IMG/VR virus record: IMGVR_UViG_3300010373_001372
Location: 1-54,406 of that record
Length of the DNA: 54,406 bases
Source of the DNA: a virus
Lineage: Duplodnaviria; Caudoviricetes
Reading direction: 5' to 3' (one strand)
Below, one piece after another: positions 1 to 8,232 of the stretch (its first letter is position 1; every line of letters starts with the position of its first letter). The translations under genes were made by a program, and so were the position numbers. The notes beneath the pieces are model-generated. The model had not been told where the DNA came from. It did no database searches and saw only the letters and a program-made list of their open reading frames with translations.

Positions 1-1023
1 TTGAGCCTCGATCTTTCCAGTCGCCGCCAGGTCGGTGCCACCCAACTCGCTCTGCCGCCGATGGGTTTTGGCGCGGCCCATCTCGGCGGCATGTACAATC
101 GCCTCGATGGCGTCGCCGCCCGCGAGACGCTCCAGGCGGCGTGGAATGGCGGTATCCGGCATTACGACACGGCGCCCTACTACGGCCTCGGCCTCAGCGA
201 GCACCGTCTTGGTGATTTCCTGCTCGACCAGCCGCGCGACCAGTTTCTGATCACGACCAAAGTCGGGCGGGTCCTGCACCGACCGGCCGACCCGAAAGCC
301 TTCGATCGGGGTGCCTGGACCTATGGGCTGAATTTCGAGATCGAGTGGAACTACACCTATGACGGCTTCATGCGTGCCTACGAGCAAAGCCTGATCCGGC
401 TTGGGCTCGACACAATTGATGCCCTGATCATCCACGATCTCGATGTGGTAGCCGCCCATGGCGAACATCATGCCGGGCGGCTCAAGGATCTCATGGAGAG
501 CGGTGTCAAAGCACTCGAGGAACTGAAGCGGAACGGCCAGATAAAGGCCATCGGTATGGGCCTCAATGTCACCGAAGCCCTTGAGACGATTGCCACGCGC
601 GTCGACATCGATTTCGGCATTGTCGCCATGCCTTACACGCTGCTCGACCAATCCTCGCTGCAAGGTATGCAGCGCTTCGCCGAACGCGGCGTCAGCGTCA
701 TCGTCGGCGCGCCCTACGCGTCGGGCATCCTCGCGACCGGCCCCGGACCAAACGCGCGCTATCGCTACGGTATTGCCTCCGACGAAATCCAGGAGCGCGT
801 TCGCCGCATCCAGGCTGTCTGTGCCCGGTACGGCGTCTCGCTGCAGGCCGCGGCCTTGCAGTTTCCGCTCGCTCACCCGGCCGTTGTATCGATCATCCCC
901 GGCGGTGCGTGCCCGTCGGAGGTCGCCAGCAATATCGACTTCCTCAAGGAGACGATCCCGGCAGCATTCTGGGTTGAACTCAAGGGAGCGGGCCTGATCG
1001 ACCCCGATGCACCCACGGCCTAG
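1..1023 (+). CDS. Aldo/keto reductase (host gene, D-threo-aldose dehydrogenase-like)
   Basis: 340 aa; HYDTAPYYGLG, ITTKVGR, IHD, AALQFPLAHPAV motifs of the AKR family; lies outside the att site. Confidence 0.9.
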   Translation: MSLDLSSRRQVGATQLALPPMGFGAAHLGGMYNRLDGVAARETLQAAWNGGIRHYDTAPYYGLGLSEHRLGDFLLDQPRDQFLITTKVGRVLHRPADPKAFDRGAWTYGLNFEIEWNYTYDGFMRAYEQSLIRLGLDTIDALIIHDLDVVAAHGEHHAGRLKDLMESGVKALEELKRNGQIKAIGMGLNVTEALETIATRVDIDFGIVAMPYTLLDQSSLQGMQRFAERGVSVIVGAPYASGILATGPGPNARYRYGIASDEIQERVRRIQAVCARYGVSLQAAALQFPLAHPAVVSIIPGGACPSEVASNIDFLKETIPAAFWVELKGAGLIDPDAPTA

Positions 1024-1123
1024 TTAACTGCAGTACCGGGCAGTCTGGCATGACTGCAAAAAGAACGGAACCAGGCCTGGCCGCGTGCCGCCTACCTCGG
1101 CGAAGGCTAAGTCGTTGAAGATA

Positions 1124-1168
1124 TGGTGCCGCTTAGGTGACTCGAACACCTGACCCCATCATTACGAA
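1124..1168 (-). other. 3' half of tRNA-Thr(CGT) = prophage att core
   Basis: Reverse complement reads TTCGTAA TGATG GGGTC AGGTG TTCGAGT CACCT AAGCGGC A CCA (anticodon loop, T-arm, acceptor strand, CCA); no pairing 5' half follows, so it is not an intact tRNA. Confidence 0.85.
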
Positions 1169-1243
1169 AATAGTGCTCCACTGAAAAACCTAGCCTTTTC
1201 AATGCGAACGCACCCGGAACGTTGCGGACTTGTTCGCACGTAT

Positions 1244-1261
1244 CTGTGCGGTTTCTGTGCG
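1244..1261 (+). repeat. CTGTGCGGTTTCTGTGCG, left copy (putative integrase arm-type sites)
   Basis: Exact 18-bp direct repeat of 54385-54402; tandem CTGTGCG with 11-bp period, near the att core. Confidence 0.65.
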
Positions 1262-1318
1262 CCGGATACGCGCCTTATCCATTCAAAATTACGCGCGCTC
1301 GTCATTCATTGACAATTC

Positions 1319-1327
1319 TGATAGAAT
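1319..1327 (+). promoter_or_regulatory. Extended -10 promoter (TGnTAGAAT) for the cargo operon
   Basis: TGATAGAAT about 20 nt upstream of ATG 1349, with a GGGAG RBS between. Confidence 0.4.
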
Positions 1328-1348
1328 CACCAGTGACGGGAGATCGGC

Positions 1349-1777
1349 ATGACCAGAAGTGAACACGTTATCGCTGCTTTGGCAGCGGGCGGAGAGAACG
1401 TCAGCTTTACACCTGTGCAGGTGCAGAAGCTGTTCTTTTTGCTGGATCGTGAGGCGCCGCATTTGCTCGATGGGCCGCATTTTGATTTTGCGGCTTACGA
1501 CTATGGTCCCTTCGACAAGACGGTCTATGACAATCTCGACGAACTTGCGGGACAAGGTTTGGCGCTGGTGCAGAGCACGGGGCGATACCGAGTTTATGCT
1601 CTGTCACAAAACGGATTTCAGCAGGGTGTTGGCATTCTAGCTAACCTGCCGCCTGCTACCAAAACCTACTTGGAGAGCGTCGCGGGGTGGGTGCGTAACC
1701 TTTCCTTCGAACAGCTCGTAGGGGCGATCTACAAGCGATATCCGGAAATGAAGGTAAATAGCGTCTTTCGCGGATGA
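1349..1777 (+). CDS. Panacea/SocA (DUF4065/YwgA)-like winged-helix protein, putative antitoxin or adaptor
   Basis: 142 aa; QKLFFLL, F-x-x-YDYGPF and YKRYPEM..NS motifs; ATGA overlap with next gene. Confidence 0.65.
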   Translation: MTRSEHVIAALAAGGENVSFTPVQVQKLFFLLDREAPHLLDGPHFDFAAYDYGPFDKTVYDNLDELAGQGLALVQSTGRYRVYALSQNGFQQGVGILANLPPATKTYLESVAGWVRNLSFEQLVGAIYKRYPEMKVNSVFRG

Positions 1778-2526
1778 CGATTGCCGTTACCTTCCACTGC
1801 ACAGACGGCGCGGTAATTGCGGCCGACAGCATGATCACGCCCAGCATGGGAGGGGTCGGTATCGGGCACCACCATGGGCAGAAGATTTCAATCCTGCCCG
1901 GTCCCCAGCTTTTCGCGTTCGCTGGCGATGTCGGGCAGAACGCACGATTTAGGATAATGGCTGAGCTAAATCACGGCCACATTGCGGGCCAACAACACGC
2001 TCTCGACTTTCCGTTACTCCTCACACGTTCAATAATACAGCAGTTCGTTCAGACTGGCATTAATAACTCGATAGATGCCAATCCCATTTTGATATTTGCG
2101 CACGGCGGAACTCATCATACCTGTGTTTTTGAAGGCGCGCTTCAGCCTAGACTTCTAGATGAGCATCATTACTACTCGGCGGCAGGTTCGGGGAAATTGT
2201 CCGCCGATCCGTTTTTGAGATTCCTCACGGACGTCTTCTGCTCCAATGGTCGACCCACTGTGAGGGAGGCCATCTTCTTGGCGACCTGGACCGTCCAGCA
2301 TGTCATAGACGTGAATCCGGGAGGTGTTGCCGGGCCGATAAGAATTGGCACATTTGAGCATAATCCGGTCGGCGGATTTGCGGCGAGAAGCTTGCCAATA
2401 AATGAGATCGAGGAACACCAACAGGCGCTCGAAAGCGCTCGTGACGCACTTAGGCTATGGCGCGATCAACTCCAGTCCGGAGACGCCGCGGCGGACGCGC
2501 CTGCCCAACCTGAAGTGCCTGCGTAA
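1774..2526 (+). CDS. Proteasome-beta/HslV-like Ntn threonine protease
   Basis: 250 aa; starts M-T (Thr1 after Met removal), DGAVIAADS (Asp17), QKI (Lys33 equivalent), FAG, GSG, NPGGVAGPI. Confidence 0.8.
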   Translation: MTIAVTFHCTDGAVIAADSMITPSMGGVGIGHHHGQKISILPGPQLFAFAGDVGQNARFRIMAELNHGHIAGQQHALDFPLLLTRSIIQQFVQTGINNSIDANPILIFAHGGTHHTCVFEGALQPRLLDEHHYYSAAGSGKLSADPFLRFLTDVFCSNGRPTVREAIFLATWTVQHVIDVNPGGVAGPIRIGTFEHNPVGGFAARSLPINEIEEHQQALESARDALRLWRDQLQSGDAAADAPAQPEVPA

Positions 2527-2538
2527 AAGCAGCCTCGT

Positions 2539-3693
2539 TCATGCCTCGGCCGCGCGCTTCTGGAAGTGCGGGCTGTGGTGCCAGTAGACGTCTTCGACCA
2601 TCTGCACGGTCATGCTGGCGGCGTCGGCGACTTCCTCGAGGCTGAGGCCGGATTGCACCCACCAGGTCACGCGGGTGTGGCGCAGGATGTGGGGCGTCAC
2701 TTCCTTGCCTAGCGCGCCGCCTTCGACAGCCGCATACCAGGGCTTACGCATCTTCTGGATCGGCTGGCCCTCGTAGGCCACGACGTGCCAGTGGTCGGTG
2801 CAGGGCTTGCCGGTCTTCTCCGCAATCGCCTTGCGCTTCTCGGCGTCGATCCGGTGCCAGCGGCGAAGGTGCGCAAGGATCCTGCGGTTGAGTTTCAGCG
2901 GGCCTCGCCGCTTGCTGGTCTCCTCCTCGCCGGCGCCCCGCCGGTAGAGCACGCCGCTGTCGAGATTGACCCAGCCGCCATTGACGTTGGCCATCCACTT
3001 GATGGCGAGGATCGCAGCGTGCCTCGTGCCGGTGTAGAGGCCGAGCAGGATGAAGCGGGCGCAATGGCGGTTGACCGCGCCGAGGTCGCGGCGCCAGCGG
3101 CTATGCTCCTCGCGCGTGGCGAGGTCCGTCCAGGTCAGCTTGTACCAGCCTAGCGCCCCGGCGAGCAGCGTGGCCGCCGCGCTACGCGTCAGCCAGTGCT
3201 GACGAGGTGGTGACTTCGGCGGCAGTGTGACGACGGGGATGCTGTCGAGCGGGCCGTGCTCGCGGTGCCAGTAATTGATCGCCGCCGACAGGACCGCCAG
3301 CTCGCGGCGGATCGACCCCGGCTTGATCTTCTTGCCGCGCAGCGCCGCATATTCGCGACAGGTCGCGCCCCGAATATCGGAGAGCTTGCGCTGCCCCCAA
3401 TAAGGCAGCAGGGCCGCGATATTGTAGCCAGCCATTTCCGGGCTGGAGCCGCGCGTGTTAGGCGCATGCTCCCGGCCATAGGCGGTCAGGACCTCGGCGA
3501 CGCTGAGGCGAGCTGGACTACTTTGGCTGACAGGCTCGAACTTGTCCGCGAGGTACTGCGAGAGTGCTTTTTCAGCGCCTGTGCTGTCATCAGCGCCGCA
3601 GCCTGTGCGGATAGATTTCGCTCCGTCTCGGATGATCCAGACGGCTTCGTCGTCGCGGAGGTAGAGCCTTGGGGGCTGTCTTTTGCGCGGCAT
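2539..3693 (-). CDS. int: Tyrosine recombinase/integrase
   Basis: GTRH (Arg), HILRHT (HxxR), VYWHH (Tyr); start trimmed to MPRKRQPPRLYLR. Confidence 0.95.
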   Translation of the reverse strand: MPRKRQPPRLYLRDDEAVWIIRDGAKSIRTGCGADDSTGAEKALSQYLADKFEPVSQSSPARLSVAEVLTAYGREHAPNTRGSSPEMAGYNIAALLPYWGQRKLSDIRGATCREYAALRGKKIKPGSIRRELAVLSAAINYWHREHGPLDSIPVVTLPPKSPPRQHWLTRSAAATLLAGALGWYKLTWTDLATREEHSRWRRDLGAVNRHCARFILLGLYTGTRHAAILAIKWMANVNGGWVNLDSGVLYRRGAGEEETSKRRGPLKLNRRILAHLRRWHRIDAEKRKAIAEKTGKPCTDHWHVVAYEGQPIQKMRKPWYAAVEGGALGKEVTPHILRHTRVTWWVQSGLSLEEVADAASMTVQMVEDVYWHHSPHFQKRAAEA

Positions 3694-3878
3694 GTTTTCA
3701 CCATCATCCCCTTGATGCCCTGGGGGGTCACGAAGTCTTGCCGCCCGATCCGCATGATCGTCAAGGTCCCCCGGCCCGCCTCGGCGCGCAGCGTCTTCGG
3801 CGTGATCGTGTTGCGAAAGAACATTTCGCACGCCTCTTTGAGCGTCAGCGGCGTGTCGTCGGTGACGTCCATTGTCAC
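3486..3878 (-). CDS. Excisionase-like HTH protein overlapping int
   Basis: PLTLKEACE..TPKTLRAEAGRGTL..RIGRQDFVT winged-HTH pattern; immediately upstream of int. Confidence 0.8.
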   Translation of the reverse strand: MTMDVTDDTPLTLKEACEMFFRNTITPKTLRAEAGRGTLTIMRIGRQDFVTPQGIKGMMVKTCRAKDSPQGSTSATTKPSGSSETERNLSAQAAALMTAQALKKHSRSTSRTSSSLSAKVVQLASASPRS

Positions 3879-5020
3879 ACCCGCATCGGCATGATGACGA
3901 CGCGGCGATCGTCGAACGTCGCGGCGTTGATGACGATGGGCGACATGGCGTCGGCGATCGCCAGCTCGATAGTCTCGGCGTCGAGGTTGGTCACCATTTC
4001 GATCAGATAGCGCCCGTCGACGCCGATCTCTTCCGTCTTGGCGCCGCCGAGCGATGAATGCACGCAGGCATCGCGCCCTTCGGCTTGGGTTTCGCCAGGC
4101 AGGCTGCGGAAGATGATCTCGGTCTCTTCGTCGTCCGAGAAATTGAGCCGGACGGCTTTTGCCTTGCTGCCGCCGGCGGCTGCCACAGCATTCTCGATCG
4201 CCACAACGAGGCTCTTGGCGTCATAGCTATGCGTCCCTGTACGCGTCGGCATCAGCCGGCGCCAGTCGGGATACGTGCCCTGAACGAGCTTCGAAACCAG
4301 CTTCGTTTCGCCACCGATCACAGTGATGCGGTCAGAAGCTTCGCCTGCGGTAACCGAGATCGACAGCTCACTATCGCCGTCGAAGAGCTTGGCGATAAGA
4401 CCGCAGGTCTTGGTCGGCACCGTGACGCCTTTTACGCCAGGCGTGATCCCCGGCGCGTCGATGTGGCGAACGTATAGCTTCTTTCCGTCCATGGCGCAGA
4501 CGACAAGTTTGGCGTGCTCGCTCGCGCTGCTGATCGTGCCGCATTCGAGGCGGATGCCACAAAGGAAGGCCCGATCATCGCCATCGTGGATTGCCGGCGA
4601 CATAGCGGTGAAAACCCGTGCGATCTCAGCGCTCTTGACGGTGAATGAATGCAGCTCGCTGTCCTGGGTGAAGTCCGGAAAGGGCTCAGGATCGAGCGTT
4701 GGTAGGGTGAAGCGCGACCGGCCGGCCGTAATCACCAGCTCGTAGGGCTGATAGTCAAGCTTGACCTCGCCCTTGTCCTTGAGCCTCCCCATCACGGCCG
4801 CCAGTCTGCTGGCCTCGACGCATAGCGGACCGGCATCGCCCTCTGCGGTGATCGACGTGGTCACACGCACATCGAGATCGGTCGCGACAAGGCTTGCCCT
4901 ACCGTCCGCCACCTCGATCAGCACGCAGGCGAGGATGGGATAGCCGCTGCGCTTCTCGATCGCACCGACCACCTTGCCAATCGCCGCGGCGAACGGCTTG
5001 GCCGCGAGGATGGCTGTCAA
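3875..5020 (-). CDS. dnaN: Phage-encoded DNA polymerase III beta sliding clamp
   Basis: 381 aa; PILACVLI, ATDLD, SRFTLPTL..FP, YPDWRRLMP, C-terminal VIMPMRV. Confidence 0.9.
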   Translation of the reverse strand: MTAILAAKPFAAAIGKVVGAIEKRSGYPILACVLIEVADGRASLVATDLDVRVTTSITAEGDAGPLCVEASRLAAVMGRLKDKGEVKLDYQPYELVITAGRSRFTLPTLDPEPFPDFTQDSELHSFTVKSAEIARVFTAMSPAIHDGDDRAFLCGIRLECGTISSASEHAKLVVCAMDGKKLYVRHIDAPGITPGVKGVTVPTKTCGLIAKLFDGDSELSISVTAGEASDRITVIGGETKLVSKLVQGTYPDWRRLMPTRTGTHSYDAKSLVVAIENAVAAAGGSKAKAVRLNFSDDEETEIIFRSLPGETQAEGRDACVHSSLGGAKTEEIGVDGRYLIEMVTNLDAETIELAIADAMSPIVINAATFDDRRVVIMPMRV

Positions 5021-5361
5021 AGCAGGTCCTCCGGCTTGAGATCACCAAGGCCGGAGAAATCGCGGCCGAGTGCAATTTCGAGATAGTGAAGTGCCTCCCT
5101 CCGGTCGCCGCGCTGCCACCAGTCCGCTGCGTCGACAAGCGCCGGCGGATAGTCAACCTCAGGCCCATCATCCGCGTCGACCTCGGGGTCGCCGTCGGCC
5201 CACTCTTCGATCAGCTCCTGCTGCTCGATTTTGCCGACGCCTATCCGGCGGTTCAGTTCCTCGATCAGTTCGGCGTTTTCGAAACGGACCAAGTCGGGAT
5301 GAGCCCCAGCGGGTGCCAGTGCGGGCTTAGTAGCAGCCGATGCTGCGCTCATGACCGTCAT
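5017..5361 (-). CDS. Hypothetical phage protein
   Basis: GAGGAG RBS, ATGA coupling with upstream gene, acidic 114 aa. Confidence 0.7.
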   Translation of the reverse strand: MTVMSAASAATKPALAPAGAHPDLVRFENAELIEELNRRIGVGKIEQQELIEEWADGDPEVDADDGPEVDYPPALVDAADWWQRGDRREALHYLEIALGRDFSGLGDLKPEDLL

Positions 5362-5966
5362 GATGCCCTCCTCAGGCCGGCACGATAGGCGTCGATCGAC
5401 AAGCAATCGAGCGCCTTCAGAAAGTCCTCCTCGACCTGGTCGCGGCGGATGAAGCGTATCGGCTTGCCGGGCAGCGGCGGGGCCGATGGCACCCAGGCCG
5501 GTCCCTTCCCCTTCACGACATCGCGGTATTCGGTGGCGAGCGCCCTGGCGTCGGCGAGGTCGACAGCCGCGGCGATCTCGGCGGTTGGCTGGGGCAGATT
5601 GAACCGCTCCCAGACGGCAATAAGGATCCTGCGCTCAAGCCCCACGATGTCGGCGCCATGCGCCTGCAGCCAGGCCTTGAAGGGCGTCGAGAGATCGCGC
5701 GTCACCGATTCTGCAGCGTCGTGCAGCAGGCCATAGATACGCCACTCCGGCTTCGGGATGGCGTTGGCGACGATCAGCGAGTGCTGGGCGACCGACAGGT
5801 GCCAGTGCGTATTGTTGGCCCAGCGACCCTCGCCGCTGAGCTGCCAAGCCAAAGCACGCGGCTCGATCATTTCGGCCATCGGATTATCGAAGTCGAAGCA
5901 GAGGCCGGCGGCCGTGAAGACCCAGAACGGCGACAGTTCGCCCGAGGCGCGCGATAGCTCGCTCAT
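5358..5966 (-). CDS. HD-domain phosphohydrolase (YfbR/YfdR-like deoxynucleotidase)
   Basis: SVAQHS, LLHDAAE, DLSTPFK, AD..ALATE motifs. Confidence 0.85.
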   Translation of the reverse strand: MSELSRASGELSPFWVFTAAGLCFDFDNPMAEMIEPRALAWQLSGEGRWANNTHWHLSVAQHSLIVANAIPKPEWRIYGLLHDAAESVTRDLSTPFKAWLQAHGADIVGLERRILIAVWERFNLPQPTAEIAAAVDLADARALATEYRDVVKGKGPAWVPSAPPLPGKPIRFIRRDQVEEDFLKALDCLSIDAYRAGLRRAS

Positions 5967-6544
5967 ATCGCTGCCGCCTTTTTCGCTTCGATCCGATCAA
6001 GCCGGTCGATTTCAGCGAGGATGAGCGCACCGGCCTTTACGAGGTCGCGTCGCGGATCGATCGAGGGCTTGAACCATCCGGCGGCCCACGGCCAAAGCCA
6101 CGCGATGGCCCCCCGAATGGATTGCGAAGGAGCCAAAGGAACGGCGGATGTGACGCTGCTTAGAGCGTAGACGGCGCCCGCTCTCGCGAGCTCGCCTGCA
6201 CCATGACCATCGTCATGGGAGACGTTCCAACCCTCGACCTCGATCTGTCGCCGCCGCTCGGCAACGATATCGAACAATGCTGCCGTCGCGACTTGCGCCT
6301 CGCCTGCGTTTCGGTCGGGCAGCTTCTCGAACCGGCCGTCCTCGAACTCCTCGCGGGGCCGGGCCCAAAGAGAGCCATCATCTATAGCGCGATAGATAGC
6401 GATGGGGCGCATATCGACGTTGCCGGCGTCGGCGTCTTCATCAAGGCCGTCGAACCAGAAGTCAGTCTGCATTTTGCCGATGCCTAGCAGCTCATAGAGG
6501 CTGCCGCGCTTCTTGTGCCGATGCGTCGGCGCGAGCGCGGTCAT
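5963..6544 (-). CDS. Phage protein: DUF1653-like N-terminus plus AERRRQ/WPW domain
   Basis: HKKRGSLY..YRA..GSLWARP..EF..GRF, then AERRRQIEVEGW..HDD..WPW..RRDLVKAGALILAEIDRLDR. Confidence 0.75.
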   Translation of the reverse strand: MTALAPTHRHKKRGSLYELLGIGKMQTDFWFDGLDEDADAGNVDMRPIAIYRAIDDGSLWARPREEFEDGRFEKLPDRNAGEAQVATAALFDIVAERRRQIEVEGWNVSHDDGHGAGELARAGAVYALSSVTSAVPLAPSQSIRGAIAWLWPWAAGWFKPSIDPRRDLVKAGALILAEIDRLDRIEAKKAAAI

Positions 6545-7017
6545 GACTTCACCCCCGCGAGGCGTTTGCCGACTTCGGCCATGAACTCGGGCCAGAGATC
6601 GCCGATCTCGGCAGATGTGTAGCCGCTGCGCCGGAGAACTGCCGCGACTTCCGGGGACTGCGACAAAGCGTCGGTGACCAGGCTCGCGGCCCGGTCGACG
6701 CGGTCGCGCCGATATTCGGCGTCGGCTTCCCAGGGCTTGCTCAATGTGACCGGCGCATCCTGCCGGATGACGTAGGTATCGGCGATCGCCTTAGCCTTTG
6801 GAAATTCGGCGCCGATCTGCTGGCGCGTGAACCCGGCATTGGCGAGGTCGCCATAGCTCGTCGCCTGACCGTCCTTGGCGAAGCCGAGAATGGTTTCGGC
6901 CATGCGCTCGGCAACGGTCGGCTCGCGTTCAGTCTGCCCGGCAAAGGCGACGGGCGTCGAAGCAAACGAGTGTGGGAGTTCTGCCGCAAAGGCGGCGACG
7001 GAAGCGTCGAGCATCAT
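6541..7017 (-). CDS. Hypothetical protein, first gene of the leftward early operon
   Basis: GGAGG RBS; coupled to next gene; downstream of PL. Confidence 0.7.
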   Translation of the reverse strand: MMLDASVAAFAAELPHSFASTPVAFAGQTEREPTVAERMAETILGFAKDGQATSYGDLANAGFTRQQIGAEFPKAKAIADTYVIRQDAPVTLSKPWEADAEYRRDRVDRAASLVTDALSQSPEVAAVLRRSGYTSAEIGDLWPEFMAEVGKRLAGVKS

Positions 7018-7044
7018 GCCCTCCAGTGATGAAACTGAGGGCCG

Positions 7045-7097
7045 AAACTAGTCTTGTATCTTTACACGGTCAATACATGATCGTGTAAATATGCAAG
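7045..7097 (-). promoter_or_regulatory. PL promoter with two repressor operators
   Basis: Minus strand TTGACC-17-TAGTTT (7073-7045); operators CTTGTA-N4-TACACG (7053-7068) and CGTGTA-N4-TGCAAG (7082-7097). Confidence 0.75.
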
Positions 7098-7098
7098 A

Positions 7099-7413
7099 TC
7101 ACCTGCGGGAGCGGCTCAAATCAGGCTCGCGGTCCGCCTGGTTGAGCCAGTCGGACATTGCCCGCTCCATCCGGCGGGTATTCTTGGCGATCTGCCTGAG
7201 GCTGTCGAGCCCTGCGCCAAGGGCGAAGAAAATGAAGGAGGATAGAAAGACGCTGAAGCCCGGCGCGCCCGCAATGATGACGCCCAATGCGACGCCGCCG
7301 CCGATTGCGCCACCCGACGGAATTGTACTGGCCGCCGTGGTCAAGACTTCCAGCGTCCACCAGCCGCCGATCAGAAACAGCACGATACCGATGAGATAAC
7401 AGACATAGGCCAT
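7099..7413 (-). CDS. Small two-TM membrane protein downstream of the repressor
   Basis: 104 aa with two hydrophobic segments; starts 14 nt after cI stop, GGGG RBS. Confidence 0.75.
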   Translation of the reverse strand: MAYVCYLIGIVLFLIGGWWTLEVLTTAASTIPSGGAIGGGVALGVIIAGAPGFSVFLSSFIFFALGAGLDSLRQIAKNTRRMERAMSDWLNQADREPDLSRSRR

Positions 7414-7427
7414 TTGGTTCCCCTAAC

Positions 7428-8147
7428 CTAAAAGCCGAGCAGATCGTTCATCGTCAGCACGTAGTGAATGCCTGCCACATGCTGACGCGGAATTTCGAAC
7501 CGCGAACGCGGATTGAGTTGTTCCAGCACGACCGAGTGCTCGGTGCGCCGCCGCAGAATTTTGATATAGGCCTGCCCCGGATCGTCAGCCCATTGCCGCG
7601 TGATGACGATGACGGAATCACCAGGCTCGCAAGGCCTCAGCGGGTTGATCACCCGCACTTGGTTCGGTGGGTGCATGGGGTCCATCGAATCGCCCCGGAT
7701 GAGCAACGCGTAAGCTTCTCTGATCTTGGCGAGCGGCGTCGGCCGGCGCACGTATCCGATGACTTCGCCGGGCTCAAACTGGAAGCCTTCGATCCCCTCC
7801 GACACGACCGAGCCAAGGGCGGTGCCAAGGATCGGTATCGTCATCGGCAGGTCGTTGAAGATCAGCGAAGTTGGCGGCCCCTCGATCAGCTCTAGTTCAT
7901 CGCTTGCCATCGCCGGTGTTTGAACCGTGGCGGCGACTTTCTCCTCATCGCCGAGCAGCCATTCGGTAGACGTGTCGAGCGCTTCGGCGATCTTCTGCAG
8001 CGTCGCGACGCGGGGGCTGGCGCTGCGGCCCAGCAGGATGTTCGGGATGAGTGACGGCGAGCCGCCCGCCTTGAGCGAGGCGGCGTGCGCGGAAAGCCCT
8101 GTTTCGGCAAGCCTTTGCCGGATGCGGTCGGCAACTGTGTCAGCCAT
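7428..8147 (-). CDS. CI-like repressor (XRE HTH plus S24 peptidase)
   Basis: N-terminal HTH (RIRQRL..SP..TLQKIAEAL..EWLL); GDSMDP serine and YIK lysine; divergent from cro. Confidence 0.92.
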   Translation of the reverse strand: MADTVADRIRQRLAETGLSAHAASLKAGGSPSLIPNILLGRSASPRVATLQKIAEALDTSTEWLLGDEEKVAATVQTPAMASDELELIEGPPTSLIFNDLPMTIPILGTALGSVVSEGIEGFQFEPGEVIGYVRRPTPLAKIREAYALLIRGDSMDPMHPPNQVRVINPLRPCEPGDSVIVITRQWADDPGQAYIKILRRRTEHSVVLEQLNPRSRFEIPRQHVAGIHYVLTMNDLLGF

Positions 8148-8148
8148 G

Positions 8149-8227
8149 CGTGTAATCATACACGAGCCATGCCGTGTATACATCGTGTAAATAGGCTTGA
8201 CGGTCCTGTAAAATTACACGATATGTT
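8149..8227. promoter_or_regulatory. OR region: operators, PRM and PR
   Basis: CGTGTA-ATCA-TACACG (8149-8164), CCTGTA-AAAT-TACACG (8205-8220), half sites at 8173 and 8184; TTGACG (8197) and TATGTT (8222) rightward; TATGAT (8160-8155) leftward. Confidence 0.75.
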
Positions 8228-8232
8228 GCGGC

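Noticed and set aside
1124-1200. Intact tRNA-Thr gene
   Set aside because: The anticodon stem 5' strand, D-arm and 5' acceptor strand cannot pair; it is only the att duplicate
5358-5966. DatZ-like enzyme implying a 2-aminoadenine (Z) genome
   Set aside because: No PurZ or phage DNA polymerase in the window; fits a common YfdR-like HD protein
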